From Thecamonas trahens ATCC 50062 (taxonomy: Eukaryota > Protista > Apusomonadida), in NCBI RefSeq assembly GCF_000142905.1, contig NW_013657674.1, forward strand, positions 29,787-93,786: 64,000 nt of DNA, written 5' to 3'. Every line of letters begins with the position of its first letter. Position 1 is the stretch's first letter. A program made the position numbers and the translations under genes. Positions 1 to 10,361 of this stretch are shown piece by piece. The notes under the pieces were generated by a model, which was given only the letters and a program-made list of their open reading frames with translations, did not search any database and was not told the DNA's origin.

Positions 1-105
1 CCCCCCCCCCCCCCCCCCGCCCTCCCCCCCGCCGCCTGCCAAAAATTCTCTCTCGCTCCCTTCTTCGTCGCCTTCTTCGCCACGCTACCCACACTCATCA
101 CAACT

Positions 106-774
106 GTGTTCACATGTCATCAAGACGCCAACTCGGGCTCGGGTACCCCGGCTGCTGAAACTCCTGCTGATTCGCCGGCCCCCGAGTCGTCGTCTGCTGT
201 TCTGGATGCTTTTGCCGCTCCGGCTGCCGCTCCGGCTGCCGCTCCGACTGCCTCTCCAGCAAGCGCGGACGCCCCGGTCTTCGGCTCGGACGCTGGCACG
301 CCGACTGCGGCGGCAACCACGCCTGATCTCTCGTCCATGTTTGGCGGTGGTGCGTCGGCGGATGCTGCGCCGGCTAGCTCGCCGTTCATGGCCGCGGCTT
401 CGTCGAGCAACGGCATCGGTGACGACGAGCCGGCTCCGCTGAAGGAGTGGAAGGCGGAGCGTGCGCAGCTCATTTCCAGCCTCGAGGCAGAGGCCAAGGC
501 GACCAAGACCGCAAACGCGGCTCGCGCCAAGGAGGAGCTCGCAGAGTTTGTTGCCGAGCGCACAAAGGTCATCGGCGGGACCGCCAAGGCCAACCGCGAC
601 GCCGAGGAGGCCGGCCGCGAGAACCGCGAGAACACCGTCCAGCCCGGTGAGGAGTGGGTCCGCGTCAACGACCTCGTCGACTTTTCGCGCAAGGCCTCGT
701 CCGATGTCTCGCGCATGCGCTCGCTCTACATCTCGCTCAAGTCCAACCCGCCGCCGGCTGCTGCTCTGGCATGA
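106..774 (+). CDS. CLC: Clathrin light chain (5' end probably in an upstream exon outside the window or ORF)
   Basis: Acidic/Pro-rich N-region, coiled coil EPAPLKEWKAER...AKEELAEFV, and the typical C-terminus WVRVNDLVDF...DVSRMRSLYISLK. Confidence 0.8.
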   Translation: MFTCHQDANSGSGTPAAETPADSPAPESSSAVLDAFAAPAAAPAAAPTASPASADAPVFGSDAGTPTAAATTPDLSSMFGGGASADAAPASSPFMAAASSSNGIGDDEPAPLKEWKAERAQLISSLEAEAKATKTANAARAKEELAEFVAERTKVIGGTAKANRDAEEAGRENRENTVQPGEEWVRVNDLVDFSRKASSDVSRMRSLYISLKSNPPPAAALA

Positions 775-927
775 GCCGTGCCAATCTTTCCCTCCTCTCC
801 TTCCCGCCGTCTGCTCTAAACCCCGAAACTGATGGGTCATCACGCTATCACTGCGCAGCGCTGCCATTTATCATGCCTCTACCCTGCGCAGTGTGGGGGT
901 GGCGGTGGCGGTGCAGAGCAGCTCCGC

Positions 928-1365
928 CTACTCGACGATCTCGGCAACAGCCTCGATCTCGACCTTGGCGCCGAGCGGCAGGGCCTTGACGGCAAAGCAC
1001 GAGCGAGCCGGCGGGTTCTCCGGGAAGAACTGGGCGTAGACCTCGTTGACGGCCGGGAAGTCGTCCATGGTCTCGAGGAGGACAAGGGTCTTGACGACCG
1101 AGCCGTGGTTGGCACCCGCAGCCTTGAGCACAGCGCCGAGGTTCTCCAGCGCCAGCTGCGTCTGGGCCTGGACCCCATCAGCCAGCTCGCCCTCGGCCGA
1201 CACACCAAGCGAGCCGGAGGTGTACACCATCTTTCCGCTCGTCACCGCATGCGAGTACGGCCCGATAGCAGCAGGCGCACCCTCGGCCACAATCGTCGTC
1301 TTGCTCCGCACGCCGGTGGACGCCACACGGCAGACTCCAGCAACAGCTCCTGCAGCACGGAACAT
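928..1365 (-). CDS. RIDA: RidA/YjgF/YER057c/UK114 enamine deaminase, probably mitochondrial
   Basis: APAAIGPYSHA, SGSLG, VVKTLVLL..MDDFPAVNEVYAQFF...PARSCFAVKALPLGAKVEIEAVA; Arg/Ala/Ser-rich presequence from ATG 1365. Confidence 0.93.
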   Translation of the reverse strand: MFRAAGAVAGVCRVASTGVRSKTTIVAEGAPAAIGPYSHAVTSGKMVYTSGSLGVSAEGELADGVQAQTQLALENLGAVLKAAGANHGSVVKTLVLLETMDDFPAVNEVYAQFFPENPPARSCFAVKALPLGAKVEIEAVAEIVE

Positions 1366-1549
1366 AGTCAAGGTCAAGTACAAGCGTAGTGCAAGTCAAG
1401 TATGTCTTCCACTTTGACTGTCTCTGCCGCTGCCGCTGCCCGTGACCAGCACCGCCAGCTCTTGCTCAGTCGGTCACATGGCGTGCAGCGGCCGGTCGGC
1501 GGACGGTTTTTAAAGCGCGTCAGCGCAGAGCGGAGGAGGGCGGACGGGG

Positions 1550-3643
1550 TTAGAGCGCCCGTGCCATGAACGCGTGCTCAATGAGCGGCGCCGGCGTGCC
1601 GTCCGGATAGGCGACAATCACGACGTCGGGGCCTACGCTCCGCCCGGCGACCCAGAGATCCGATCGGAGCGACGGGGTGCCGGCGGTCGGGATCTGCAGC
1701 AAGATGCGGACCTCGCTCGGGGCGTGGACCTTGTACGCAGGCTGGTGCTCGAGGCCGGCCGGTGGCGGCGCGGCATCGCGGGCTGCGACAATCTTGGTCT
1801 GAACTTGTGCAAAGGCGGCCGAGAGCGCAGCGTCAACGGTCGCAAGGTGGGTGTCGAGCACTGCGCCGAGGGCGGCGGCGTCGTCGCTGCCGGTCCGAGC
1901 AGCCGGCGGCGTGGCAATCACTGAGCCGCGGACTTGCCCGTACGTCACTGCCCGCACAAAGTACGTCCCGTTACCGCTTGCTGCGTATGTTGCTGCCGGC
2001 GACGGACCCTTTTTGCGAAATCGGTCATACTTGCCGGCCTTTCGCTCCACCCGCAGCGAGTCGAGCACGCTCGCACTCCCCGCGGGTCCGAGGTTCCCGG
2101 CCAGCTCGCCCACAAGCCGGTCTGCTACCGAAAGCTGACCGGCGTTGCCTGGAAACGAGCCCGGAGCCACGAGCGCGTCGAGTGCATCCGCCATCTCGGC
2201 AACGACGGCGGCAGCTTCGGCGTCCGGCAGCGGGCCCGACGCGGTCCGCCCGACCAGCGCCACCGCCAGCCGCCCAGAGCGGACAACGATCAGTGTGCCG
2301 TGCGGCTCGACGAGATCTTGCTGCAGCGCGCCATGCTCGCCAAGTGAGGCCAAGCCGAGAATGCCGACGAGCGTGTCCACCACCTGCGCCAGCCGCGGCT
2401 CGAGGTGGGTGACCACCACACGCCCGTCGCAGAACAGCGATCCAGCAAGCACCGCCGCAACCTCGCGCGGTGCTGCCTCGAGCGCAGTCAGCGTCTGCGA
2501 GACAATCGCTGTCACGTCTGGCGAGAGCGCAGTCCGTGCATGCCACCCGGCGCCCGCAGCAAGAACCGCCGCTGGCACTGCCTCGCCTCCGCCAAACGCC
2601 GCCTTCACCGCCCCGCCAAAGAACGCGTCGAGCTGCTCGGTCTCGGCGCTGCGCACCGCTGCCGCCAGCGAGCCAAAGGTACTCTCGACGCAGGCAGAGA
2701 CCTGGTCCAGCCACCCGGTCAGGACTGCTGCTGCCGGCCCGAGCGCCTGCGTATCGCCCACCGCAACAAGCCGAGTCTCGCTCAGCGCCCCAGGCGCGCC
2801 AAAGCAGAGCGTGTAGCCCACGTTGTCAAAGCTCATCTCCACACAGCTCGTCTCGTCGTTGAGCAGCGACCGCATCATGTCGACGCACGCCACAAACAGG
2901 CCTTGCATCTTCTCCAGCGACTCGCTCATCGCCCCACCGCGCGGATACACATACTGCAAAAGGTGCTCAAACTCTGACAGCGCGTCCGAGCCCTCGCCAC
3001 CGCCGCCTTGCCGTCCGCCCTCCTCGCCACCGCCCACAACCAGAATCCACGCCCTGGGGCGCGCAGCAGGAGTTGCTGCGTCGGCGACAGGCCGGGCCAC
3101 AACGTCCGCCGCCGCAGCATCCGAAGCATTGCCGTCATCGCCGCCGCTCGCCACATTAGCATCCACATCGCTCTCTACGTCCGGCACGTGCACCCCACGA
3201 TGGCAACTTGCAGCATCCTTGACCTGAAGAGCACCACCGGCGGCGCTGTCACGGACAGGCAGTAGCGGTGGAGCAGCGCGACCATCATCATCAGGAGCAG
3301 CACCAGCAGCAGCAGCACCAGCACCAGCACCAGCACCAGCACCAGCAGCAGCACCAGCACCAGCACGGCCACTGTCACTCCCCCCATCTCCCACCGCACC
3401 AGCCGCACCCGAGTCTTCCACGAGATCACCGAACCCATCCGCAACAACAACATCCGAACCACCAAGCTCATCAGAATGAGGACCAGGTCGGGCAAGACGG
3501 TCACCCGTTTGACCAACGGCACCACCACCATTACCACCAGCACCAGCACCAGCACCAGCCCCACCAACACCAACACCAACACCAACACCAACACCACCGT
3601 CAGCAGCAGACCCACTCCCTTCCTCAACCCCAGGAGAAGACAT
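1550..3643 (-). CDS. INTU: Inturned-like (CPLANE, tri-longin) protein with low-complexity N-terminus
   Basis: Collinear blocks resembling animal Inturned: LLQYVYP..SESLEKMQGLFVACVDMM, FGSLAAAV...QLDAFF, GSLFCDGRVVVTHL, and C-terminal LWVAGR...VIVAYPDG...LIEHAF. Confidence 0.65.
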   Translation of the reverse strand: MSSPGVEEGSGSAADGGVGVGVGVGVGGAGAGAGAGGNGGGAVGQTGDRLARPGPHSDELGGSDVVVADGFGDLVEDSGAAGAVGDGGSDSGRAGAGAAAGAGAGAGAGAAAAGAAPDDDGRAAPPLLPVRDSAAGGALQVKDAASCHRGVHVPDVESDVDANVASGGDDGNASDAAAADVVARPVADAATPAARPRAWILVVGGGEEGGRQGGGGEGSDALSEFEHLLQYVYPRGGAMSESLEKMQGLFVACVDMMRSLLNDETSCVEMSFDNVGYTLCFGAPGALSETRLVAVGDTQALGPAAAVLTGWLDQVSACVESTFGSLAAAVRSAETEQLDAFFGGAVKAAFGGGEAVPAAVLAAGAGWHARTALSPDVTAIVSQTLTALEAAPREVAAVLAGSLFCDGRVVVTHLEPRLAQVVDTLVGILGLASLGEHGALQQDLVEPHGTLIVVRSGRLAVALVGRTASGPLPDAEAAAVVAEMADALDALVAPGSFPGNAGQLSVADRLVGELAGNLGPAGSASVLDSLRVERKAGKYDRFRKKGPSPAATYAASGNGTYFVRAVTYGQVRGSVIATPPAARTGSDDAAALGAVLDTHLATVDAALSAAFAQVQTKIVAARDAAPPPAGLEHQPAYKVHAPSEVRILLQIPTAGTPSLRSDLWVAGRSVGPDVVIVAYPDGTPAPLIEHAFMARAL

Positions 3644-4026
3644 GCTCTACTATGCTACCTGAGGTGTAGAGACGTGGGTCCCCACCCTGTGGTCGCTTGT
3701 CAGCCCCCCCCCTCTCTCTCTCTCTCTCTGTCAGTGGCACTCGGTCCGTCTGCTCCCTGCCCGCCCCCTGCCCCCCCCCTCCCCCCCCTTCCACCGACCA
3801 ACGATTATATCTGTTAATGACTTGCTCGATGCCGCTACCACGCCCATCAGTCTCATATCACCCAATTGTTGCTCGGGGGAGAGCACTGCTGCATCCCATC
3901 GGGCTGGCGATGACAGACGGGCGGTGGCGGGGGACCAAGACGGGGACGGAGGCCGAGACGGGGGAGACACCACTTGTCGCAAGAGTGGCGAGAGCGAGCG
4001 TACGCGTGAGGCGAATCAAGTATACC

Positions 4027-5655
4027 ATGTATAGTGGCGGGCTGGTGGTTCTGGTCTTGGTCGTCGTCCTGGTCGTGGTCTCGACTGCTGCTGGTGCTGC
4101 TGGTGCTGCTGGTGGTGACAGTGCTGCTGGTGGTGACGGTGTGGGTGCTGGTGGGCAAGAGGTTTCGTTTGTGGAAGAGCTACGTGTGCGTCCGCTGGGC
4201 GATGCTGCGCTTGCCAGTCATCTGACCTTCAGACTCGAGGCAAGCGAGGCTTGCGAGGGGGCTGCTTGCTCTGGACATGTAGGGATGATGCCAAAGAACT
4301 TGATCGAGCTCTTGGTGGAACACAACGTGACGTGGATGGACCTGTCTCTGGCGAGGAATACTTGGAATGGCGATCGCTGGGGTGCTCCGTTTCTGCCGGC
4401 TCCCATTGGCGGCGCTGTGGCTGTGGCTGTGGCTGGGCCTCATGGATCGCATGCTCCTGACGGGCATGCATGGTCGCAGATCATGGCGGATGTGGCCGGC
4501 TTGTTCTGCGCCTCGTTTGAGCTTGTAGGCGCCGATGAGACTGCGGTGGTCGCGGTTGCGGCGCAGGAGCTCCGCCGTGGCTCGCTCGCCTCCGAGTCGG
4601 TTTGCACCGAGAACCTGACACCATGGCTCAAGCTCATTCCGGGGCGGTCTGTCGGCCTGGCGAGTCTGATCAAACCGCTGCGGGTGTTCAACGTCAAGTA
4701 CTTTGCGCAGTTTGTGCGGTTCCGGGCGCCGGGCACGCTTGTCCTGGACCTCACGCTTGTGCACACGCCGGAGGGGCTCGGAACCGGGCGGGTCATGCCG
4801 TTGGCGAACTTTGCGCTCCCAGATCTGCTTGTGGGCCGCGAGGCGGGTCCAGGCGGTATGCGCGGCTCGCCGCTGGCGGACCGCTCGATGGTTGTGCTCG
4901 AGCTGGACGCGCAGGTGGCCGACGCGACGACGCTCGAGCCTGCGCCGAGCCAAAGGCGTGCGACTGGCGACGGGATGCGTGTTGATGCGGTCTACGAGCT
5001 GGAGAGCGCTCAGAATGTGCGTGTGGTTGCGACAGTCTCACCGCCGCTGGCGCCTGCGCTGACGCCGCTGCCGTCTGCAGCAGGCGGGGTGAGCCTCGAC
5101 CGGCACGTGAGCGGGTCGGGCGGCGGCCCGGGCGGCATGCACACGTGTGTGGTGAACAGCGGCCGCGGCACGGTCCGCGGCAAGTTTGAGGACGTGTTTC
5201 CGGCGTACATTGTGGCGTACTTTCACACGCTGACGTGGACCGGCGACGGGACGCTGCGCGTGCTGCGTCGGCAGCACGGGCGGCTCGGCTCTGCACCGCA
5301 CCATTTCGAGCTTGCGATCGAAGTTGCCGGCGACGGCGAGCTCTGCTGGTCGTACGAGTTTGACAAGGAGTTCCTGCACCTCAACAAGTATCCGCCGGAC
5401 GCGCACCGCGGCTTTGATCTCGCGTCTGGAGTGCTGCGTGCTGTTCGCGACGGCAGTGACGAGACCGGCGAGCTTGTTGTCTACACGCCGTCAGTCCTGC
5501 TCCATGTTGTCACGCCGGACTTTTCGATGCCGTACAACGTGATCACGCTGACGTGCACGGTGATGGCGCTCTTCTTTGGCTCGATGTTCAACTCGTTGCT
5601 CCGCAAGCCGACGCCTGCTGCCGACGACCAGGGCGACGACGATGGAGCAGAATGA
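4027..5655 (+). CDS. PIGT: GPI transamidase component PIG-T/Gpi16
   Basis: Signal peptide from ATG 4027; GLFCAS, ESVCTENLTPWLKLIP, YPPDAHRGFD, TPDFSMPYNVITLTCTVMALFFGS plus C-terminal TM. Confidence 0.93.
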   Translation: MYSGGLVVLVLVVVLVVVSTAAGAAGAAGGDSAAGGDGVGAGGQEVSFVEELRVRPLGDAALASHLTFRLEASEACEGAACSGHVGMMPKNLIELLVEHNVTWMDLSLARNTWNGDRWGAPFLPAPIGGAVAVAVAGPHGSHAPDGHAWSQIMADVAGLFCASFELVGADETAVVAVAAQELRRGSLASESVCTENLTPWLKLIPGRSVGLASLIKPLRVFNVKYFAQFVRFRAPGTLVLDLTLVHTPEGLGTGRVMPLANFALPDLLVGREAGPGGMRGSPLADRSMVVLELDAQVADATTLEPAPSQRRATGDGMRVDAVYELESAQNVRVVATVSPPLAPALTPLPSAAGGVSLDRHVSGSGGGPGGMHTCVVNSGRGTVRGKFEDVFPAYIVAYFHTLTWTGDGTLRVLRRQHGRLGSAPHHFELAIEVAGDGELCWSYEFDKEFLHLNKYPPDAHRGFDLASGVLRAVRDGSDETGELVVYTPSVLLHVVTPDFSMPYNVITLTCTVMALFFGSMFNSLLRKPTPAADDQGDDDGAE

Positions 5656-5661
5656 ACGGTT

Positions 5662-7032
5662 TTACTTGCGGGAGCGCTTGCCCTTGCCCTTGCCCTTGCC
5701 CTTGCCCTTGCCCTTGCTCTTGCTCTTGTCCTTGCCCTTGCCCTTGCTCTTGCCCTTTCCCTTGCCCTTGCCCTTGTCCTTGTACTTGTCCTTGTCCTTG
5801 CCCTTGCCCTTCCCCTTACCCTTGTCCTTGTCCTTACCCTTCTTCGATCCCTTGCCCTTGTCCTTGCCCTTCTTTGATCCCTTACCCTTGCCCTTGCCCT
5901 TGCCCTTCTTCGATTCCTTGCCCTTGCCCTTGCCCTTGCCCTTGCCCTTGCCCTTGCCCTTGCCCTTGCCCTTACCCTTGCCCTTCCCCTTATCCTTGCC
6001 CTTACCCTTGCCCTTACCGTTGCCCTTGCTCTTGCCACCACCGCCAGAGCTTGAACTCCCACTCGAGCTCGCGCTATCGCTGTCGTCTCCACTCCCGCTT
6101 CCGCTTCTGCTTCCGCTTCCGCGTGAGCCGCGCCGTGCCTTGAGCGACCGGATGGCCCGCGGCGGCTTGCCCGTGGCCGGTGGCAGGGCGTCGTGGTAGT
6201 CAGCAAACATCTCAAAGACAGCAAAGAGCTCGTCACGCTGGCGGACGATGGGCTCAAGATGATGCAGGGCGAGGAGCGGCTCGCCTGACGGCGAGTACAT
6301 CGGCTTGGCCTGGTTCTCGGCAAGCGCCATGACTGCCGCCGTCGTCCGCTCCGCGAACCGCCACAGCCGGCGGTTGTTCTTGGCGGTGATAGCAAAGGTC
6401 CGCGGGTGCTTGTCGGTCCGCATGCCGGGCGCGGCAAAGCAGACCCGCCGGACGCACGCTGTGACCTCGGCGATGAGCTTGGCCACCTGGTGAGCAGAGA
6501 GGCCGACCTGCCGAGCGTCCAGCACCGCGGTGCCCTCGGCCAGCGAAGGCTCCGACCCGCTCGACCCGCTCGCCGAGCCGCTGCTGGACTCTGAGCTCGA
6601 CGAGCTGCCAAACGGCAGCCACGACCGCTTTGCTGTCGATGCCGCTGGCTCGGCCTTGAACAGCGCGAAGAGCTCGGTGAGAGTCTGATCAAGATCAGAG
6701 AGCGGATGCGAGAGTAGGACGGCGTAGACCGCAAAGTCGCGGTAGTTCATCCGCTTGCCGCGGGCGAGAAAGTCAAACTGGTTCATCAGATCCGACACGT
6801 AGTCACGATGGCTGATCCCGGCGCTCTTGGCCGCATTCTTGAACATGCTACGGCTGACGCCGACCGACCGCGTCGCACCGGTCACTTCCAGCCCCAGCTC
6901 GCCGCTTCCGTGCACAACCGCCGCAAACAGGGCGTCCCGCATCCACCCCAGGCTCTTTTGGTGAATGTGCGCCTTGCTTGCCATGCTGCGCAGCTCCCGT
7001 ACGTCCGCCTCAACAGAAACTGATCCACCCAT
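5662..7032 (-). CDS. Probable N-myristoylated, degenerate EF-hand protein (NCS/calcineurin-B-like) with a Lys-Gly repeat tail
   Basis: Starts MGGSVS (MGxxxS); DLMNQFD..RGKRMNYRDFAVY...LDQTLTELFALF resembles an EF-hand pair; about 110 aa (KG)n C-terminus. Confidence 0.5.
   Translation of the reverse strand: MGGSVSVEADVRELRSMASKAHIHQKSLGWMRDALFAAVVHGSGELGLEVTGATRSVGVSRSMFKNAAKSAGISHRDYVSDLMNQFDFLARGKRMNYRDFAVYAVLLSHPLSDLDQTLTELFALFKAEPAASTAKRSWLPFGSSSSSESSSGSASGSSGSEPSLAEGTAVLDARQVGLSAHQVAKLIAEVTACVRRVCFAAPGMRTDKHPRTFAITAKNNRRLWRFAERTTAAVMALAENQAKPMYSPSGEPLLALHHLEPIVRQRDELFAVFEMFADYHDALPPATGKPPRAIRSLKARRGSRGSGSRSGSGSGDDSDSASSSGSSSSGGGGKSKGNGKGKGKGKDKGKGKGKGKGKGKGKGKGKGKGKGKESKKGKGKGKGKGSKKGKDKGKGSKKGKDKDKGKGKGKGKDKDKYKDKGKGKGKGKSKGKGKDKSKSKGKGKGKGKGKGKRSRK
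5678..6030 (-). repeat. Coding hexamer microsatellite (CCCTTG)n encoding the (KG)n tail
   Basis: Imperfect tandem CCCTTG/TCCTTG units read directly. Confidence 0.95.
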
Positions 7033-7208
7033 GCTGTTACTGTTGGTCACCGGCAGTTGGGTATGACTGCCTCTCCCGCAAACCGTTGGAAAGGGGTGGC
7101 CGGACAAGGCCAGCGCCGGCGACGGGCGACGACGGCAAACACTCTATTCCTCACACACAGTGGCCACAAACGCAAAGCTTTAAGATCAGCTCCCATAGAG
7201 GGTGTCGA

Positions 7209-8234
7209 TTACTGGCCGGTGGCGCGCTTGATGATGCGGTTAAGCTTGGGCGCGAGCGGGCCACGCTTGTTGAGAAGCTTGAGGTAGGCACCGTCGTGGA
7301 CCACGTCACCGTCGTCGCGGCGGGCAAGGTAGTCAGCCTTGTCGAGCTGGGTGAAACCCCAACGGCGCGAGACCTTGATCAGCTGCTGGCCCGGGAACTT
7401 GTACTTGGACCGGCGCATGGCCTGGAGGGCGTGGTAGAGGTTCTTCTCGTACGTGCGCATGGACAGAATGTGCTGGCCAATGTTGACACGGGCGACGAGA
7501 CCCTGCGGCTTGCCGAAGGCGTGGCGCATACCGGTCTGGAGACGATCGGCACCAGCGCACGAAAGCATCTTGTTGATGCGCAGGATGTGGTACGGGTGGC
7601 ACCGGACGCGGAGGTGGAACGCATCCTTACCGCAGTTCACGACCATGTACTTGTTGGCAGCAATGCGGCCGGCCTCAAGGGCCTCCGACGACAGCTGCTC
7701 GTACTCGTTCGAGACAAGGTGGACGCAGAGCGGGAACTGGTCGATCGACGCGGCCTTGTTGCCCATGTCATAAATCCGGATCTTGGCATCGGGGACACCA
7801 CGGCAGTACCGCGACTTGATGTACGGCTTGTTCTTGCAGTAGCGGTAGCAGCGAGCGGGACCTACAACAAAACCAGTCCACCACACAACACATACACACA
7901 ACACGTGTCCGTATCCCAGCAAGGTGAGTCCTGGTCCCGTCATCCCCTTGCCCTTCTTTGACCCCCCCCTTTCCTGCTGAGGATCACCATCAAACAAAAA
8001 CTGGTGGCGTCATCTCGGCGACCTTCCCGCACGCGCGGAACACCACCTTCCACACTCCGCCTCCAATGTCACTACCACCACCACATCACATGCCCATGGT
8101 CATGCTCAATGTCCACAGCGGTGAAATGCCCTCGCCATGTGCCTCTCCCTGTCGCTTCCCCCCTCTTTTTGCCATCTCCTTGCCGGGCGAGTCTCGCCAA
8201 CAAGCTCCCACAAAATGAACGTACGACGACCCAT
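7209..8234 (-). CDS. RPL10: 60S ribosomal protein L10 (uL16); exons 8225-8234 and 7209-7861
   Basis: Exon 1 ATG GGT CGT C | GTACGT intron (7862-8224) ending TAG restores [17 protein letters not shown]; [18 protein letters not shown] motif. Confidence 0.97.
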
Positions 8235-8305
8235 GTTGAAATGAAGACGAGTTGTACCAAACTCACTCTCTTTGTCCCCAACACTTTCGCCACTTGTCAT
8301 GCCAG

Positions 8306-8360
8306 CCAACGAACGAACGAACGAACGAACGAACCAACGAACGAACGAGCGAACGATCGA
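8306..8360. repeat. (AACG)n microsatellite in the divergent RPL10/EF-Tu intergenic region
   Basis: Tandem aacgaacg units read directly. Confidence 0.85.
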
Positions 8361-8680
8361 AATGAGCAAACGGGAACGAACGAGATCGAACGTGATCAAA
8401 ACAAGATCGAACGAAACATCACAATGAACAATCGAACTCACCCGCCGCCCAGCCACACTACCGCCCCCTCCCCTGCCTTGCCTCTTCCTCCTCCCCATCC
8501 CGCCACCTTGCCACCGCCTGCGACTCATCAACAATCACACCAAACGGATGCTCTTCCACATCCCCATCGATTCACCATACTTTGGTTGATGATCGGCTAC
8601 TCATAAGTAACTCAAGATTATTGGCCAGCAGCAACGCCCCTCCCTCCCACTCGGTCACCTCTCTCGCGAACCAACGCGTC

Positions 8681-9071
8681 ATGTTTCGGTCTCTCGCTCG
8701 CTCTCCGCTTGTGACGGCGCTTGCCCAGGCCTCGTCTGCCGCACGTACGCCACATTCTACGTCTCCCCTTCCACGACTTCCCACACTCTGCCGCATTGCC
8801 GTGCTCTGGCTTGAGGCAGACCGTCGCATCATCGCTTCGCCCGGCTCTGTTGCGCAGCGAGCCATCCCATCTCGCATCTGGCGGCAAGGAGCGGGAGGAG
8901 CCGGGAGGAGGGAGCACGACAGCGTGTAGGGCGAGGAGACGGAGGCGATGACTCACCGAGCAGGAGAAACGATGGATGCACAGTGGCGGCGCAGACCCGG
9001 ATGGGTGGTCTGGTGAAGCTCCCGGCTGCTGGGGCTGCCTTCACCCGCGGCTACGCCGAGTTTGTCCGTGA

Positions 9072-9104
<33 letters not shown>

Positions 9105-10233
9105 TGTGGACCACGGCAAGACGTCGCTGACGGCGGCGATCACCAAGGTGCTGGCGGAGAAGGGCGGCGCGCAGTACGTTGACTACTCGAACATCGACCG
9201 TGCTCCCGAGGAGCGCAAGCGCGGTATCACCATCTCGACCGCCCACGTCGAGTACGAGACCGACAACCGCCACTACTCGCACGTTGACTGCCCGGGTCAC
9301 CAGGACTTTGTCAAGAACATGATCACCGGCGCGTCGACCATGGACGGTGCTATCCTCGTTGTCTCGGGCACCGACGGCCAGATGCCGCAGACCCGCGAGC
9401 ACGTCCTCCTCGCCCGCCAGGTCGGCATCCAGGACCTTGTGGTGTACGTCAACAAGGTTGACCAGGTCGACGACCCCGAGATGCTCGAGCTTGTCGAGAT
9501 GGAGCTCCGTGAGCTCCTCACCTCGTTCGGCTACGACGGCGACGAGGTGCCTTTTGTCTTTGGCTCGGCCCTCATGGCGCTCGAGGACAAGGACCCGGAG
9601 AACGGCCGCGACTCGGTGCTCAAGCTGCTCGACATTGTCGACGCCAGCATCAGTGAGCCGAAGCGCGACGTCGACAAGCCGTTCCTCATGCCCATCGAGG
9701 ACGTGCACTCGATCGCTGGGCGTGGAACCGTCGTCACCGGCCGCGTCGAACAGGGCGTGCTGGCCAAGGGCGAGGACGTGGAAATCCTGGGCCTTGGCTC
9801 CAAGTCGAAGACCGTTTGCACCGGCATTGAGATGTTCCACAAGCAGCTCGACGAGGCTCGTGCCGGCGACAACCTTGGCGCCCTCCTCCGTGGTGTCAAG
9901 CGCGACGAGATCCGCCGCGGTCAGGTCCTCTGCGCCCCGGGCGCATTCAAGGCCTACAAGGAGTTTGAGGCCGAGGTCTACGTCCTCGAGAAGTCTGAGG
10001 GCGGCCGCCACACCCCCTTTGTCTCCAAGTACGCCCCGCAGTTCTTCATGCGCACCGCTTCGGTCACCGGCACCATTGACGTCGTCGACGCCGAGATGGT
10101 CATGCCTGGCGACTCGGCCAAGCTCAAGGTCGAACTCATCACCGACGTCCCCATGCAGGAGGGTGACCGCTTCACCATGCGCGAGTCCAACCGTACTGTC
10201 GGCACCGGCGTCATCTCCAAGGTCGTCGCCTAG
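8681..10233 (+). CDS. TUFM: Mitochondrial elongation factor Tu; exons 8681-8744 and 8984-10233
   Basis: Presequence [17 protein letters not shown]...CAG phase-1 intron; [35 protein letters not shown]. Confidence 0.97.
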
Positions 10234-10361
10234 ATAGCTTACATAGTGTTGAATGAAAAGTGCGTCACCAATCCCCAGCCTGGCCTGGCCGCCCCTCGCC
10301 GTCCCGTTGCCCGCTGCCCGGCCGGAGTCTCCTCGGCTTGCCACCACTCGACGCTCCTGCC

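Noticed and set aside
5553-6199. (CP)n and (LP)n ORFs as metallothionein-like or structural proteins
   Set aside because: They are antisense readings of the (KG)n hexamer repeat of the minus-strand gene.
7862-8224. Intronic snoRNA in RPL10
   Set aside because: Only a short GCAAGG/CCTTGC hairpin was seen; no convincing C/D or H/ACA box arrangement. It needs an Infernal/Rfam search.
7209-10233. RPL10 next to EF-Tu as a relic of the bacterial tuf/S10 operon
   Set aside because: RPL10 is the cytosolic eukaryotic type and the genes are divergent with spliceosomal introns; chance adjacency or a shared promoter is more likely.
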